Below are positions 49,577 through 58,695 of a stretch of DNA of 64,000 nucleotides, one piece after another. A program made the translations under genes and the position numbers. Where the stretch lies: the NCBI GenBank assembly GCA_020633435.1, contig JACKDP010000002.1, positions 695,788 through 759,787 on the forward strand, written 5' to 3'. Under the pieces are notes generated by a model, which saw only the letters and a list, made by a program, of their open reading frames with translations, was not told the origin of the DNA and did not search any database. Numbering within the stretch: the first letter of the stretch is position 1; the number at the start of each line of letters is the position of its first letter. Origin of the DNA: Myxococcales bacterium. Lineage in GTDB: Bacteria; Myxococcota_A; Bradymonadia; UBA7976; UBA1532.

Positions 49577-51340
49577 ATGACGACGGCAATCCGAGCCATC
49601 CTGGCGTGCGCGCTCGTGGCGGCGACCCTGGGCTGCGACGACGACGGCGGCGAGGGGACGACAGACGGCGGCGCCGACGGCATGGCAGGCGCGGGTGGCG
49701 GGGCGGGTGCTGGCGGCGCGGGTGGCGTGGCTGGCATGGGCGGCGACGGTGGCGAGGGCGGCGTGGCCGGCATGGGCGGCGCCGGCGGCGAGCCGCCGCC
49801 CGCCGAGATCTGTGGCGATGGCGCCGACAACGATGGTGACGACGCCGTCGACTGCGACGACGCCGACTGCGCCGGCTTCCGGGCCTGCGAGGTGGCGGCG
49901 ATCTGCGATCCGCTCGCCCGCCCCATCGGCCTCGGCGAGGTGCAGACCGGCGTCTCGGAGGGCGCGGGGCGGTTCGAGGGGAGCTGCGGCGGGGGCGGCG
50001 AGAGCGCGGAGATCGTGTTCGCCTTCACCCTGGAGGCCTCGACGCTGGCCTGCCTCTCCACGGCCGGCAGCCGGTTCGACACCGTCCTGTACGTCCGCGC
50101 GGGCGACTGCACCGACGCCGCGGCCGAGATCGCCTGCAATGACGAGAGCTTGCGGGCGCCGGGCGGCGCATCGGAGATCGAGGGGCGCTTCGACGCGGGC
50201 GTCACCTACTACGTCTTCCTGGACCGGTTCGACGACGGCCAGAACGCGCCGGCCGACTTCCGCCTGGACCTGCTGGAGGGCCCCTGCGGGCAGGGTCCGC
50301 CGTGCGAGGTGGACGCCCAGTGCGATGGCCGCTGCGGCCCGGCCGGGCGGTGCGTCGGCTGCCTGGCGGACGCGGACTGCGCCGTCGGGCGGTGCGATCC
50401 GGGCGGCCGCTGCGCGGCGTGTCTGGCGGACGCCGACTGCGCGGAGGGCGACACCTGCGCGGATGGCAGCTGCACCCGCGACGGCGTGCCGGACTGCGTC
50501 GAGGCCTGCCAGGTCGTCCTCGACTGCTTCGACCCCGGCGCTCCCCCCGAGGCCTGCGAGGCCGGATGCCGCGCGGAGTCGACGCCGGAGGACCGCCTGT
50601 GCGTGACGTCGGCGCCCTCCTGCGAGGCCGTCTCGGCGTGCTTCGAGCCGGCGGATCGCTGCGACGGCGTGGTCTGCGACGATGGCCTCGTCTGCACCCC
50701 CGCCACGGGCCTCTGCGAAGACCCGCTGGCCCCGACCTGCGAGGAGGCCTGCGCGGCGCTCTCCGCCTGCGGGTTCGTGCCGGAGGCCTCGGTGCCGGCC
50801 TGCATCGACGGCTGCCGGAACGACTCGATCGCGGCCCAGCGCGCCTGCGTGGTGGCGGCGGGCTGTGACGAGGCGGCCATCGAGGCCTGCTCCGCCCCGC
50901 CCTGCGGCGGGCAGCTCTGCCAGGCCGGCCAGGCCTGCTTCGCCGAGGTCTGCCGCGACCTGCAGCCCGTCCACGACTGCGCCGATCCGGCGCCCCTCGC
51001 GGTGGGCCGGTTCTACGGGACGACCGCCGACGCGGCGTCCGCCCAGGCCGGGAGCTGCGGCGGGCAGGCGAGCCCGGAGGCCGTCTACGTGCTCGACGCC
51101 CCGGCGGGGGACTACTGCCTGCGAACCACGGGCAGCCAGATCGACTCCGTCCTGTACGTCCGCCAGGTGTGCGATGCCCCGGACTCGGAGCTGGCCTGCA
51201 ACGACGACAGCCCGCTCGCTGGGGGCCTCGCGTCGGCCCTGACCGTCGCGGGCGGCGCGCCGCTCTACGTCTTCGTCGACGCCCTGGGCGGCGGTGGGCC
51301 GTACGCCCTGATCGTCACCGAAGGCGCCTGCGCGCCCTGA
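49577..51340 (+). CDS. Cys-rich lipoprotein with two PPC-like domains
   Basis: MTTAIRAILACALVAATLGC. GGAGG linker. Two copies of ...SCGG...E.V(F/Y)......Y.L.T.GS..D(T/S)VLYVR...C......ACNDD(S/E). Central repeats of the form CxACLADADCAxGxC. Confidence 0.7.
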   Translation: MTTAIRAILACALVAATLGCDDDGGEGTTDGGADGMAGAGGGAGAGGAGGVAGMGGDGGEGGVAGMGGAGGEPPPAEICGDGADNDGDDAVDCDDADCAGFRACEVAAICDPLARPIGLGEVQTGVSEGAGRFEGSCGGGGESAEIVFAFTLEASTLACLSTAGSRFDTVLYVRAGDCTDAAAEIACNDESLRAPGGASEIEGRFDAGVTYYVFLDRFDDGQNAPADFRLDLLEGPCGQGPPCEVDAQCDGRCGPAGRCVGCLADADCAVGRCDPGGRCAACLADADCAEGDTCADGSCTRDGVPDCVEACQVVLDCFDPGAPPEACEAGCRAESTPEDRLCVTSAPSCEAVSACFEPADRCDGVVCDDGLVCTPATGLCEDPLAPTCEEACAALSACGFVPEASVPACIDGCRNDSIAAQRACVVAAGCDEAAIEACSAPPCGGQLCQAGQACFAEVCRDLQPVHDCADPAPLAVGRFYGTTADAASAQAGSCGGQASPEAVYVLDAPAGDYCLRTTGSQIDSVLYVRQVCDAPDSELACNDDSPLAGGLASALTVAGGAPLYVFVDALGGGGPYALIVTEGACAP

Positions 51341-51422
51341 GCCCCGCGGCCCCGCCGGGCGTTGCGGGTGGGGGCGCCGCTCCGCTACGCTCGGGAGGAA
51401 CGGCACGCCTCAAGGGGGCAGA

Positions 51423-51788
51423 ATGCGCAAGAAAAGCCAAAGGATTTCGATGGTTGTGGCGCTGGCGCTGGGGGGCACGACGGCCATCGCGCCGGCCGTG
51501 GCCATCGCCGGCCCCGTGCCCTCCGGGGTGGGCGTGCGGGGCAGCCAGCGGGGGGCCGACGTCGCCCGCATCGAGGAGCAGCTCGCCGATCCCGCCATCC
51601 AGGCGGCGCTGCGGCAGGCGGGGACGGATCCCGCGGAGCTGCGCGATCGGCTGCGGGAGCTGGGCGATCACGACGTGCACCTGCTGGCGAGCCGCCTGGA
51701 CGATGTGAAGGGCGGCGGCCTCATCACCGAGGTGCTCGTCATCGTCGTGCTGGTGCTGCTCATCCTGTACCTGGTCAAGCGCGTCTGA
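51423..51788 (+). CDS. small secreted protein with C-terminal TM anchor (PA2779-family-like)
   Basis: Signal peptide plus a helical acidic segment plus terminal VLVIVVLVLLILYLVKRV anchor. Stop overlaps the next start (TGATG). Confidence 0.6.
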   Translation: MRKKSQRISMVVALALGGTTAIAPAVAIAGPVPSGVGVRGSQRGADVARIEEQLADPAIQAALRQAGTDPAELRDRLRELGDHDVHLLASRLDDVKGGGLITEVLVIVVLVLLILYLVKRV

Positions 51789-52726
51789 TGCGCTGGCTCG
51801 GGCTCCTGGCCCTCGGAGCCCTGGGCTGCACGCGCGCGGCGGACATCCGGGCTGACATTCGCCGCGGGGCCGTGCCCGGCGCGCAGGTGGAGGGGGTGCC
51901 GTTCGTGGCGCAGCGCCCTGACACGTGCGGGGCTGCGGCGCTCGCGTCGGTGCTGCAGTTCGGGGGGCTGCCGGCCACGGAGCCGGCCCTGGCCGCCGCG
52001 CTCCGCACCCGCCCCGACAAGGGCGCCGTGACCTACGAGCTGGTGCTGGCGGCCCGCGCCCAGGGGGCCCTGGCGGCCCAGCGCTACGACGTGACGGCGG
52101 AGGATCTGCGCCGGGCCATCGACGCCGGCGTCGCGCCCATCGTCCTGCGCGGCGGCCTGGCCCACGCGCTGCTGGGCGTCTTCCACTACTCGGTGCTGAC
52201 GGCCTACGACCTGGACCGCGAGGTGTGGATCGGCCACGACGGCGAGGCGGCCGACGTGGTGTTCGCCTTCGATGACATGGAGGCCGACCGCCGGCGGGCG
52301 GATCGCTGGGCGCTCTTCGTGGTGGGGCCCGACGCGCGGCCGAAGGGGCTGCCGGCCGGGGTGCACCTGGAGCTGGGGGTGCAGGCCGAGGAGGGTGCGC
52401 ACGCGGAGGCGGCGGCCCACCACTACGGCCAGGCGGCCTGGACGCCGGTGAGCGCGCAGGCGTTGCTGAACCTGAGCAACGTGGCCCTGGCCGGTGGGGA
52501 CCTGGGGCGCGCCGAGGTGCTGCTGCGCGCGGCGCTGGCGGCGGATCCGACGTCGGCGGCCAGCAAGAACAACCTGGCGTGGGTGCTGCTGAAGCAGGGG
52601 CGAAGCCTGGCGGAAGCCGAGGCGCTGGCGGCGGCGGCGGCGGCGGACCCCGATGTGCACGCCAGCGCGCTGGACACGCTGGCGCAGGTGCGCGCGGCGC
52701 AGGGCAAGCCCGAAGGAGATCCGTGA
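51788..52726 (+). CDS. lipoprotein with a papain-like peptidase-C39-like domain plus TPR region (PA2778-family-like cysteine peptidase)
   Basis: Lipobox LGALGC. VPFVAQRPDTCGAAALASVLQFGG (C39-type Q..C motif). HYSVLTAYD (His). C-terminal TPR-like helices (NNLAWVLLKQGRSLAEAEAL). Confidence 0.65.
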   Translation: MRWLGLLALGALGCTRAADIRADIRRGAVPGAQVEGVPFVAQRPDTCGAAALASVLQFGGLPATEPALAAALRTRPDKGAVTYELVLAARAQGALAAQRYDVTAEDLRRAIDAGVAPIVLRGGLAHALLGVFHYSVLTAYDLDREVWIGHDGEAADVVFAFDDMEADRRRADRWALFVVGPDARPKGLPAGVHLELGVQAEEGAHAEAAAHHYGQAAWTPVSAQALLNLSNVALAGGDLGRAEVLLRAALAADPTSAASKNNLAWVLLKQGRSLAEAEALAAAAAADPDVHASALDTLAQVRAAQGKPEGDP

Positions 52727-53412
52727 TGCTGCCGTTCGACGACTTGCTGGCGCTGGCCCTGAGCCGGGATGGCTTCACCGCCCGGGAGGCCATCGACAAG
52801 GCCCCCCTCGCCGACGTGCAGCGCCTGCTGGAGGAGCTGCCGAAGCACGGCCCCCAGCCGACCATGACCCACGCGGCGCGCCAGCGGCTGTGGGCGCTGC
52901 AGCCAGACTTTCGACCCTTCGACCCCCCGGCCGACAAGGCTGCCTTCCTGGTGGAGCTCGCGGCGAGCCTCGAGGCCCGCCTCGCCGCCGGCCTGCCCGC
53001 GCGCTACTCCCCGGGAGAGAAGCTCGGCTTCGACCGCCTGCCGGCGCTGATCGAGGTCGTGCGCGGCTTCGACCCCAGCCCGCGGTCGGTGGTGGAGGAG
53101 GGCGCGCTGTACCTGGTCGAGGCCCGAATGCGGCTGCCGGGGGAGGCCGTCTTCCGGCCGCGGAACCAGCAGCTTTGCCTGCTGTCGGGGGCCTTCACCT
53201 ACTCGCTGCCTCACGCCATGGGCGACGTCCAGGTGTACCTTCAGCGCGGCCCCGCCCGCGAGGCCGCCGGCCAGGGGGTGGGCACGGTGTGGGAGCGCGA
53301 GTTGCCGTCCGTGCGGGCGCAGCACATCAGGATGGGGCTGCGGGGGGATGACCGGACGATCGGGCCGGAGGAGATCGGGGCCTGGCAGGAGGAGATCTTG
53401 AGCTGCCAGTAG
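52726..53412 (+). CDS. hypothetical protein, third gene of the C39 operon
   Basis: ATGA overlap with the upstream gene. 228 aa with no low-complexity sequence. Its C-terminus has a diverged duplicate at 57500-57705. Confidence 0.6.
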   Translation: MLPFDDLLALALSRDGFTAREAIDKAPLADVQRLLEELPKHGPQPTMTHAARQRLWALQPDFRPFDPPADKAAFLVELAASLEARLAAGLPARYSPGEKLGFDRLPALIEVVRGFDPSPRSVVEEGALYLVEARMRLPGEAVFRPRNQQLCLLSGAFTYSLPHAMGDVQVYLQRGPAREAAGQGVGTVWERELPSVRAQHIRMGLRGDDRTIGPEEIGAWQEEILSCQ

Positions 53413-53431
53413 GGGCGGGCGGCGGGGGTGG

Positions 53432-56400
53432 TCAGTCGCCTTCGGGGTTGTCGTCGGCTTCGGGTGGATCAGGCAATTCGTCCTCGGGCCAGTCGGCGAG
53501 GGAGAAGCCTTCGGGCATGACGGCCTTGTTGAGATTGAGGGCTCGCCGGATACCGAGGACACCTTCCAAGTCAGCCTTGCGCAGATCCGCCTGTCTGAGG
53601 TCTGTGCCGGTCAGGTTGGCAGACAGGAGCACCGTCCCGGCAAGCGTCGCGTTCCACGAGCGTGGCTTCCATGAGCATTGCGCGCATCAGGTTGGCGTCT
53701 CCCCCAACAGGCATCCACCAGACGGGCGCCGAACTGGCGCTTTCAGATCGGCGCCCTCCAAAGCGGGCTCCTTCAGCGTTGCTTCGATCGAGGACTGCCC
53801 CGTCTAGGTTCGCGTTGTTGAGATTGGCCCCTTCGAGCTTGGCCCCTTCGAGATTGGCCCCCCTGAGGTTGGCCCCTTCGAGGTTGGCCTTCTTGAGGTT
53901 GGCTCCTCTGAGGTTGGCCCCCTCGAGGTTGGCTCCCTCGAGCTTTGCGTCTTCCAGGTTGGCTGCCTCGAGATCGGCCCCTTCGATTACCGCCTGTCTC
54001 AGGCTGGTCCCGTTGAGGGTGGCGTGCCTGAGATTGGCGCGGACGAGATTCGCGTCATCCACGTTCGCCATGTTGAGTTGGGCTTCGGTGACCGTGGCGG
54101 AGGCCATGCTGGCACCACGGAGGTCTGCTCCATCGAGCTTCGCTCGTGAAAGGTCAGCACCCGCGAGGTTGGCCCCCGCGAGACCAGCCCCCTGGAGGTT
54201 GGCGTCGCCGAAATCAGCCCCGACCAGCATCGCCGAGCGTAGGTTTGCTCCCTCAAGGTTGGCCCCCCGAAATCGTGCATCCGAGAGCTTTACGCCTCCA
54301 AGCAGCTGGCCGCTGAGATCAGCCCCGCAGAGGTTCGCCCCGCTGAGGTCGGCCCTGCTCAAGCGAGCCTCGTGCAGGTCGGCGTTCTCAAGGTTGCTTC
54401 GGCTGAGCGGGAGGTTCGAGAGATCCAGCCCACATCCGTCAATTCGCACCATTCGTAGCTCAGCAGGAGTTCCTCGCGCAATGTGGAGCGCGACGAGCGA
54501 CCGAACAGGATCCGCGTCCGCCAGTTGAAGCCGCGTCTCACCAAGTTCACAACGGAGGGCCAGAGCGACCCTGCGAAGGTGGAGGCGCAGATCCTCGCGG
54601 GGAATGCTGGTCGGGCCAAGCTGATTGCCCAGGCGCTCATCGCGAAAGCAGTCTTCAGCCACCCGGGCGATGGAGGCGGCCTGGCCACCCCTTCTCGCAA
54701 GGGCGACGAGAAAGTCGAAGGACTCATTGTCTTCCTCAAGCAACCGCGCTCCAAGGAGCGCCGCCTCCTCGAACGGTTCCGTGGTCAGCCGAGCCCGCCA
54801 GTACCAGGCCACAAGGTAGTCGCGAAAGGTACGGTCGCCGGTCTCGACTGCCAGGTCGTCAGTCAAAGGCTCAAACTGCAGGCCCAGCATGACGCCGCGA
54901 TTGATGAGCTCGAAGGCAGGGCCTGCCTCCAACTCCAACTCCTGCCGCAGGACGACTTCGACATGGCGTTCGAGCAGGGCCTTCCCGACGTGGGCCTTGC
55001 GCCTGCTCTCCCACGCAATGCGCCCGAGAAGCCAGAGCAGGGCTGTCGCCGGCTCCGCATCCTCGCTCACGAGGCCTCGCATCGCGAGGCGGCGCCGCAG
55101 CTCCATCGCACTTCTGCGCACGACCTTATGGCCCTTGTCGTGGACCGGGTCCGGCTCGTACACGCACTTCGATCGGGTGAGCTGCTCGAAGTAGCGGCCG
55201 TAAACGTCAACGACGTCGCTGCCCTCAGCGGCCTCGACGCGCCAGGTCCAGGCGATCATGAAGAGCAGAATCGGCGTGCGCGCCAACTCCGCCATGCCGC
55301 GGGCCTCGATGGCGGCTCGGGTGATGGTCAGGCGTTCTGGATCGACCCGGTCCGTGGCGTTCGTGCGCCAGGCTTCAATCCACTGGTCGATCTGGCTGTT
55401 CGAGAAGCTCTGGATTCTGAAGCGCCGCACCGTCCCGTTGAGACCCTGGAGCAAGGCTGGCCGGGAGAACACGACGATCCGGCAACGATCGGTCGTGTGG
55501 TCGTCCAGGTGCTGGAACAGATCGCCGAGCTTCTGGGCGTCCAGGTGTACCTCGTCCAGGCCATCAAGGATGATGAGGACCCGCTGGCCATCGGTCGGCA
55601 GCGCAAGGGCCGCGTCGTCGGTCCCCAGGTGCGGGCCGTCCGCGTCGGCGAGCTGCCCGCGCTGGGCCCGCCGGACCATCGTGGCCAGGCTGGCGTCGTA
55701 GGCGTGGGCACAGCGGACGAAGACCGGAAACCAGGCGTCCACGGGGGCAGCCGCATTGAGCCAGGCCGCGGCCAGGTCGGCGGCGAGGCGGCGAGCCGAC
55801 AACGACTTGCCATGGCCGAAGTCGGCCTGGACGACGGCCACGGATGGCTTGTCCCCGAGCCAGGAGGTCAGCTTCGCCTGGATTGGCCTGGGGTTCTCGT
55901 GGGGTCCCTCGGGCGCGCAGACGGGCTCCACGTAGACCCGCCCCAGGGGCATGGGCGGCAGGTCGGGGGGGCTCTCGCGCCGGTTGCCGAACACGTGGTG
56001 GTCGGGCCAGATGCAGAAGTCCCAGGCCAGGTGCTCCCGGATGGCCGCCGCGTGCGCACCCGAGGAGAGGGCGGCCCGCAGCGGCTCGCCCACTGGCGAC
56101 GCGCGCAGCCGGGCGAAGGCAGCCCGGAAGTCCCGGTGGAACTGCTGGATGGTGTGAGGTTCCGCTGGCGCGTCGACCAGGTCCTCGTCAGCGAACAGCC
56201 CCCAGAGCGTCTTGAACGCCGGGCTGCGGGTGGGGCAGCCCCGCAGAAGTTCCAGGTGCTCGAGGCTGGGCTTCCCATCCGCGGTGGTCGACGCGGGCAG
56301 CGAGCGCTCCGTGGCCGTTCGCACCACCGCTTCGAATCCTTTTTTCTTTCCATTCAAGATGTCGGCATTGCCCGCCCAGTGGGCGCGCCAGGCCTGGGCG

Positions 56401-56606
56401 AAGGCGCCGATGACCATCGCCTGGTGGGCGGCCGCCGCGTCCGCGGCCACGGGTGCGCGCAGCGCCAGGACCTCCTTGAGGGAGCCGATCAGCGAAGCGA
56501 CGGCCGCGAGGCTGTTCTGCGGGTCGCCGTCCTGGGCCTTCCAGACCTTGAGTGCCAGTTCGATGGCCTTCGCCGTCAGCCCGGCCACACTCGTTGGATC
56601 CACCAT
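53432..56606 (-). CDS. STAND-class NTPase (NACHT-like P-loop plus helical arm) with an N-terminal unknown domain and C-terminal pentapeptide-repeat array. There is an apparent frameshift near 53650
   Basis: Walker A AVVQADFGHGKSLSARRLA. Walker B RVLIILDGLDEV. Long A(N/D)LxG pentapeptide run (ANLEGANLRGANLKKANLEGANL...). The repeat continues in another frame (ORF 53432-53632: ANLTGTDLRQADLRKADLEG) after the stop at 53571. Start MVDPTSV at 56606 with a GGAGGTG Shine-Dalgarno sequence. Confidence 0.8.
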
Positions 56607-56778
56607 GCCCACCTCCCAGTGTGGATGTCGCACATGCTGTCGGGGCTGGCAAGGGTCGGCGGGCGCCGGTCGTCAAGCGGCCGGGCCTGCTGCCGACGCC
56701 TGTCCGGCCGCACCGCTGGGCGTCGTCTCGTTCGCCGTGTCGCGCACCGCAGCATAGACCGGCTCCAACGAGGAACCC

Positions 56779-57384
56779 ATGCCGATGAAGCCCGACGACC
56801 GCGTCACCGACCCCATCTCCGTGCTCCGCACGCTGTCCACCTGCGCCGGCCCGGTCGCGCTGACCCTGGTGCCGACGAGTGAGCCAGGCTACAAGACCGA
56901 CCGGGTGCGGGAGCGCCTGGCGGTCGGTCCCATCGTCCTGAAGCGGGGTGAGGCCCTCGGCAGGGCCGACCGCAACGTGTTTCCTGGCCGGCCGTTGACG
57001 ACCTCCGACGATCTCTGGCGGCTGGCCGACGTGCTCGTGGCCCAGCTTCAGCGTCGGCTGAAGTCGGCCCTGGACGACGCCATCGTGCTGGCCGACGGCC
57101 GCGTCCTGGCGGCCCTGGCGCCCGGCCTCGACGCCCAGCTCGACGTCAGCCGGGCCAGTCAGCCCGGGGCGAGCGCCGCCGTCGCGGTCGGTGTCTTCGA
57201 TTTCACGCACAGGCTGGTCGCCCGCAACGACTTCGAACGCTGGCAGTCGACGCCCGCGACAGACACCCTCGCCTTCCACTCCCGCGTCGGTACAAAGTTC
57301 CGCGAGTTGCCGCACGCCATCCACTTCTGGGACGGCGAGCACGAGGCTGTCGTGACGTTCGTCACCAACCCGTTCACCGGCTGA
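56779..57384 (+). CDS. hypothetical protein divergently transcribed from the STAND NTPase
   Basis: 201-aa ORF with balanced composition. 172-nt divergent intergenic region shared with the STAND gene. Confidence 0.5.
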   Translation: MPMKPDDRVTDPISVLRTLSTCAGPVALTLVPTSEPGYKTDRVRERLAVGPIVLKRGEALGRADRNVFPGRPLTTSDDLWRLADVLVAQLQRRLKSALDDAIVLADGRVLAALAPGLDAQLDVSRASQPGASAAVAVGVFDFTHRLVARNDFERWQSTPATDTLAFHSRVGTKFRELPHAIHFWDGEHEAVVTFVTNPFTG

Positions 57385-57499
57385 ACCGGCGACGCCACGC
57401 CAGGACAATGCGCGCGTTCGGCCCTCGGCCCACAAGGGAGGATGACCGGGGAGGCCGGGGTCCGGCCCGCGTCGGCCGCGTCCTCGTGGTCGGCCGTGT

Positions 57500-57705
57500 C
57501 CCATGACCTGGGGGACCGGCGGGTCGTGCTGGAGCGTGAGCCACTCCGGGAGGTCGCTGGGCACGAGCCGGGCGGGGTCTGGGAGCGAGACCTGGCGTCG
57601 GCGCGGGCCCAGCACATCCGCTGCGGCCTGCATGAGGGGGACGACCGGACGGTGCCGCCCGAGGAGCTGGGCGTGTGGCAGTGGGCCGTCGTCGCCTGCA
57701 TGTAG
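57500..57705 (+). pseudogene. 3' remnant, paralogous to the C-terminus of the 52726-53412 gene
   Basis: HDLGDRRVVLEREPLREVAGHEPGGVWERDLASARAQHIRCGLHEGDDRTVPPEELGVWQ aligns with HAMGDVQVYLQRGPAREAAGQGVGTVWERELPSVRAQHIRMGLRGDDRTIGPEEIGAWQ. No N-terminal part is present. Confidence 0.5.
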
Positions 57706-57819
57706 CCTGCGGTTTGCCCGTGGATGCCTGATCTGCCATGGTAGGAGGCCGATGGCTGATCGGGCAGCGATGGAGGCTCTCTGGCCGTGGAACGCGTTGA
57801 AAGTACACGGAGTTTGACC

Positions 57820-58695
57820 ATGCGCCTGCGGTGGGCGGCGCTCGGGCTCGCGCTGCTGGCGACGGGCTGCAGCTTTGGGAAGTACCACCGGCTGCTGGTG
57901 GCTCACGAGGAGGCCGCGCCGACGCTGGCGGCCCGGTTGAAGGCCGCGCCCGTGGTCTACGTGCGGGAGCTCTTCATCTGGCGGCCCGGCGTGGCCGAGG
58001 CCACGCTGTGGCGGCCGGACCTGGCGGAGGGCGGCGCGAGCCTGGAGATCCAGCGCGGAGATGCGCTCCTGCGCAACGACTTCGCGCAGCGGCTCGCCGG
58101 GTACTGGGAGGAGCAGGGCGTCGCGAAGACCCTGGTGATGCTCCCGGACGGGGTGCCCGATCCGGCGGGGCTGGTGGTGCGGCCGGTGGTGGTCGGCATG
58201 TACCCGATGGACGCCGGCTGGAGCCACGCGACGCTCGAGATCACGGACGGCGGCGGGGACGAGGGGGTCTACTTCGCCCGGGTGGACCTGCCGACGCTGG
58301 TGGGGGAGCACGAGGCCCGGGAGCTCTTCAAGCGGCGTGACGCCGTCTACGTCCAGTCCATCGCGCACGCGCACCTGGCCTGGGCGGTCGCCGGTCTGGT
58401 CGGGACGGGGACGCTCCCGCGCTCGACCGACGGGCGCCCCACGGCCTGGACGTTGACCCAGAGCTTCGCCGCCGAGGCCGAGGGCAAGTACTGGGCGGAG
58501 CGGGCGCGGGCGCTCCCGCCCGGCGAGTCGACGCAGCGCGCCTACGCGCAGAAGCGGGCGCTGGATGCGCTGGAGAACTGGAACGCGCTGAACGCGCAGC
58601 TCTCGGCTGCCTGCAAGGGCGAAGGACTCACCGACATCGCGGCCTGCAGCCGGGCCGAGGCGCAGCGGCTGGGCCGCCCGGAGGGCAAGCGATGA
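57820..58695 (+). CDS. hypothetical lipoprotein
   Basis: MRLRWAALGLALLATGC lipobox. 290 aa. Confidence 0.6.
   Translation: MRLRWAALGLALLATGCSFGKYHRLLVAHEEAAPTLAARLKAAPVVYVRELFIWRPGVAEATLWRPDLAEGGASLEIQRGDALLRNDFAQRLAGYWEEQGVAKTLVMLPDGVPDPAGLVVRPVVVGMYPMDAGWSHATLEITDGGGDEGVYFARVDLPTLVGEHEARELFKRRDAVYVQSIAHAHLAWAVAGLVGTGTLPRSTDGRPTAWTLTQSFAAEAEGKYWAERARALPPGESTQRAYAQKRALDALENWNALNAQLSAACKGEGLTDIAACSRAEAQRLGRPEGKR

Noticed and set aside
54483-56882. 799-aa plus-strand ORF opposite the STAND NTPase
   Set aside because: Antisense artefact. The P-loop and pentapeptide signatures are on the minus strand.
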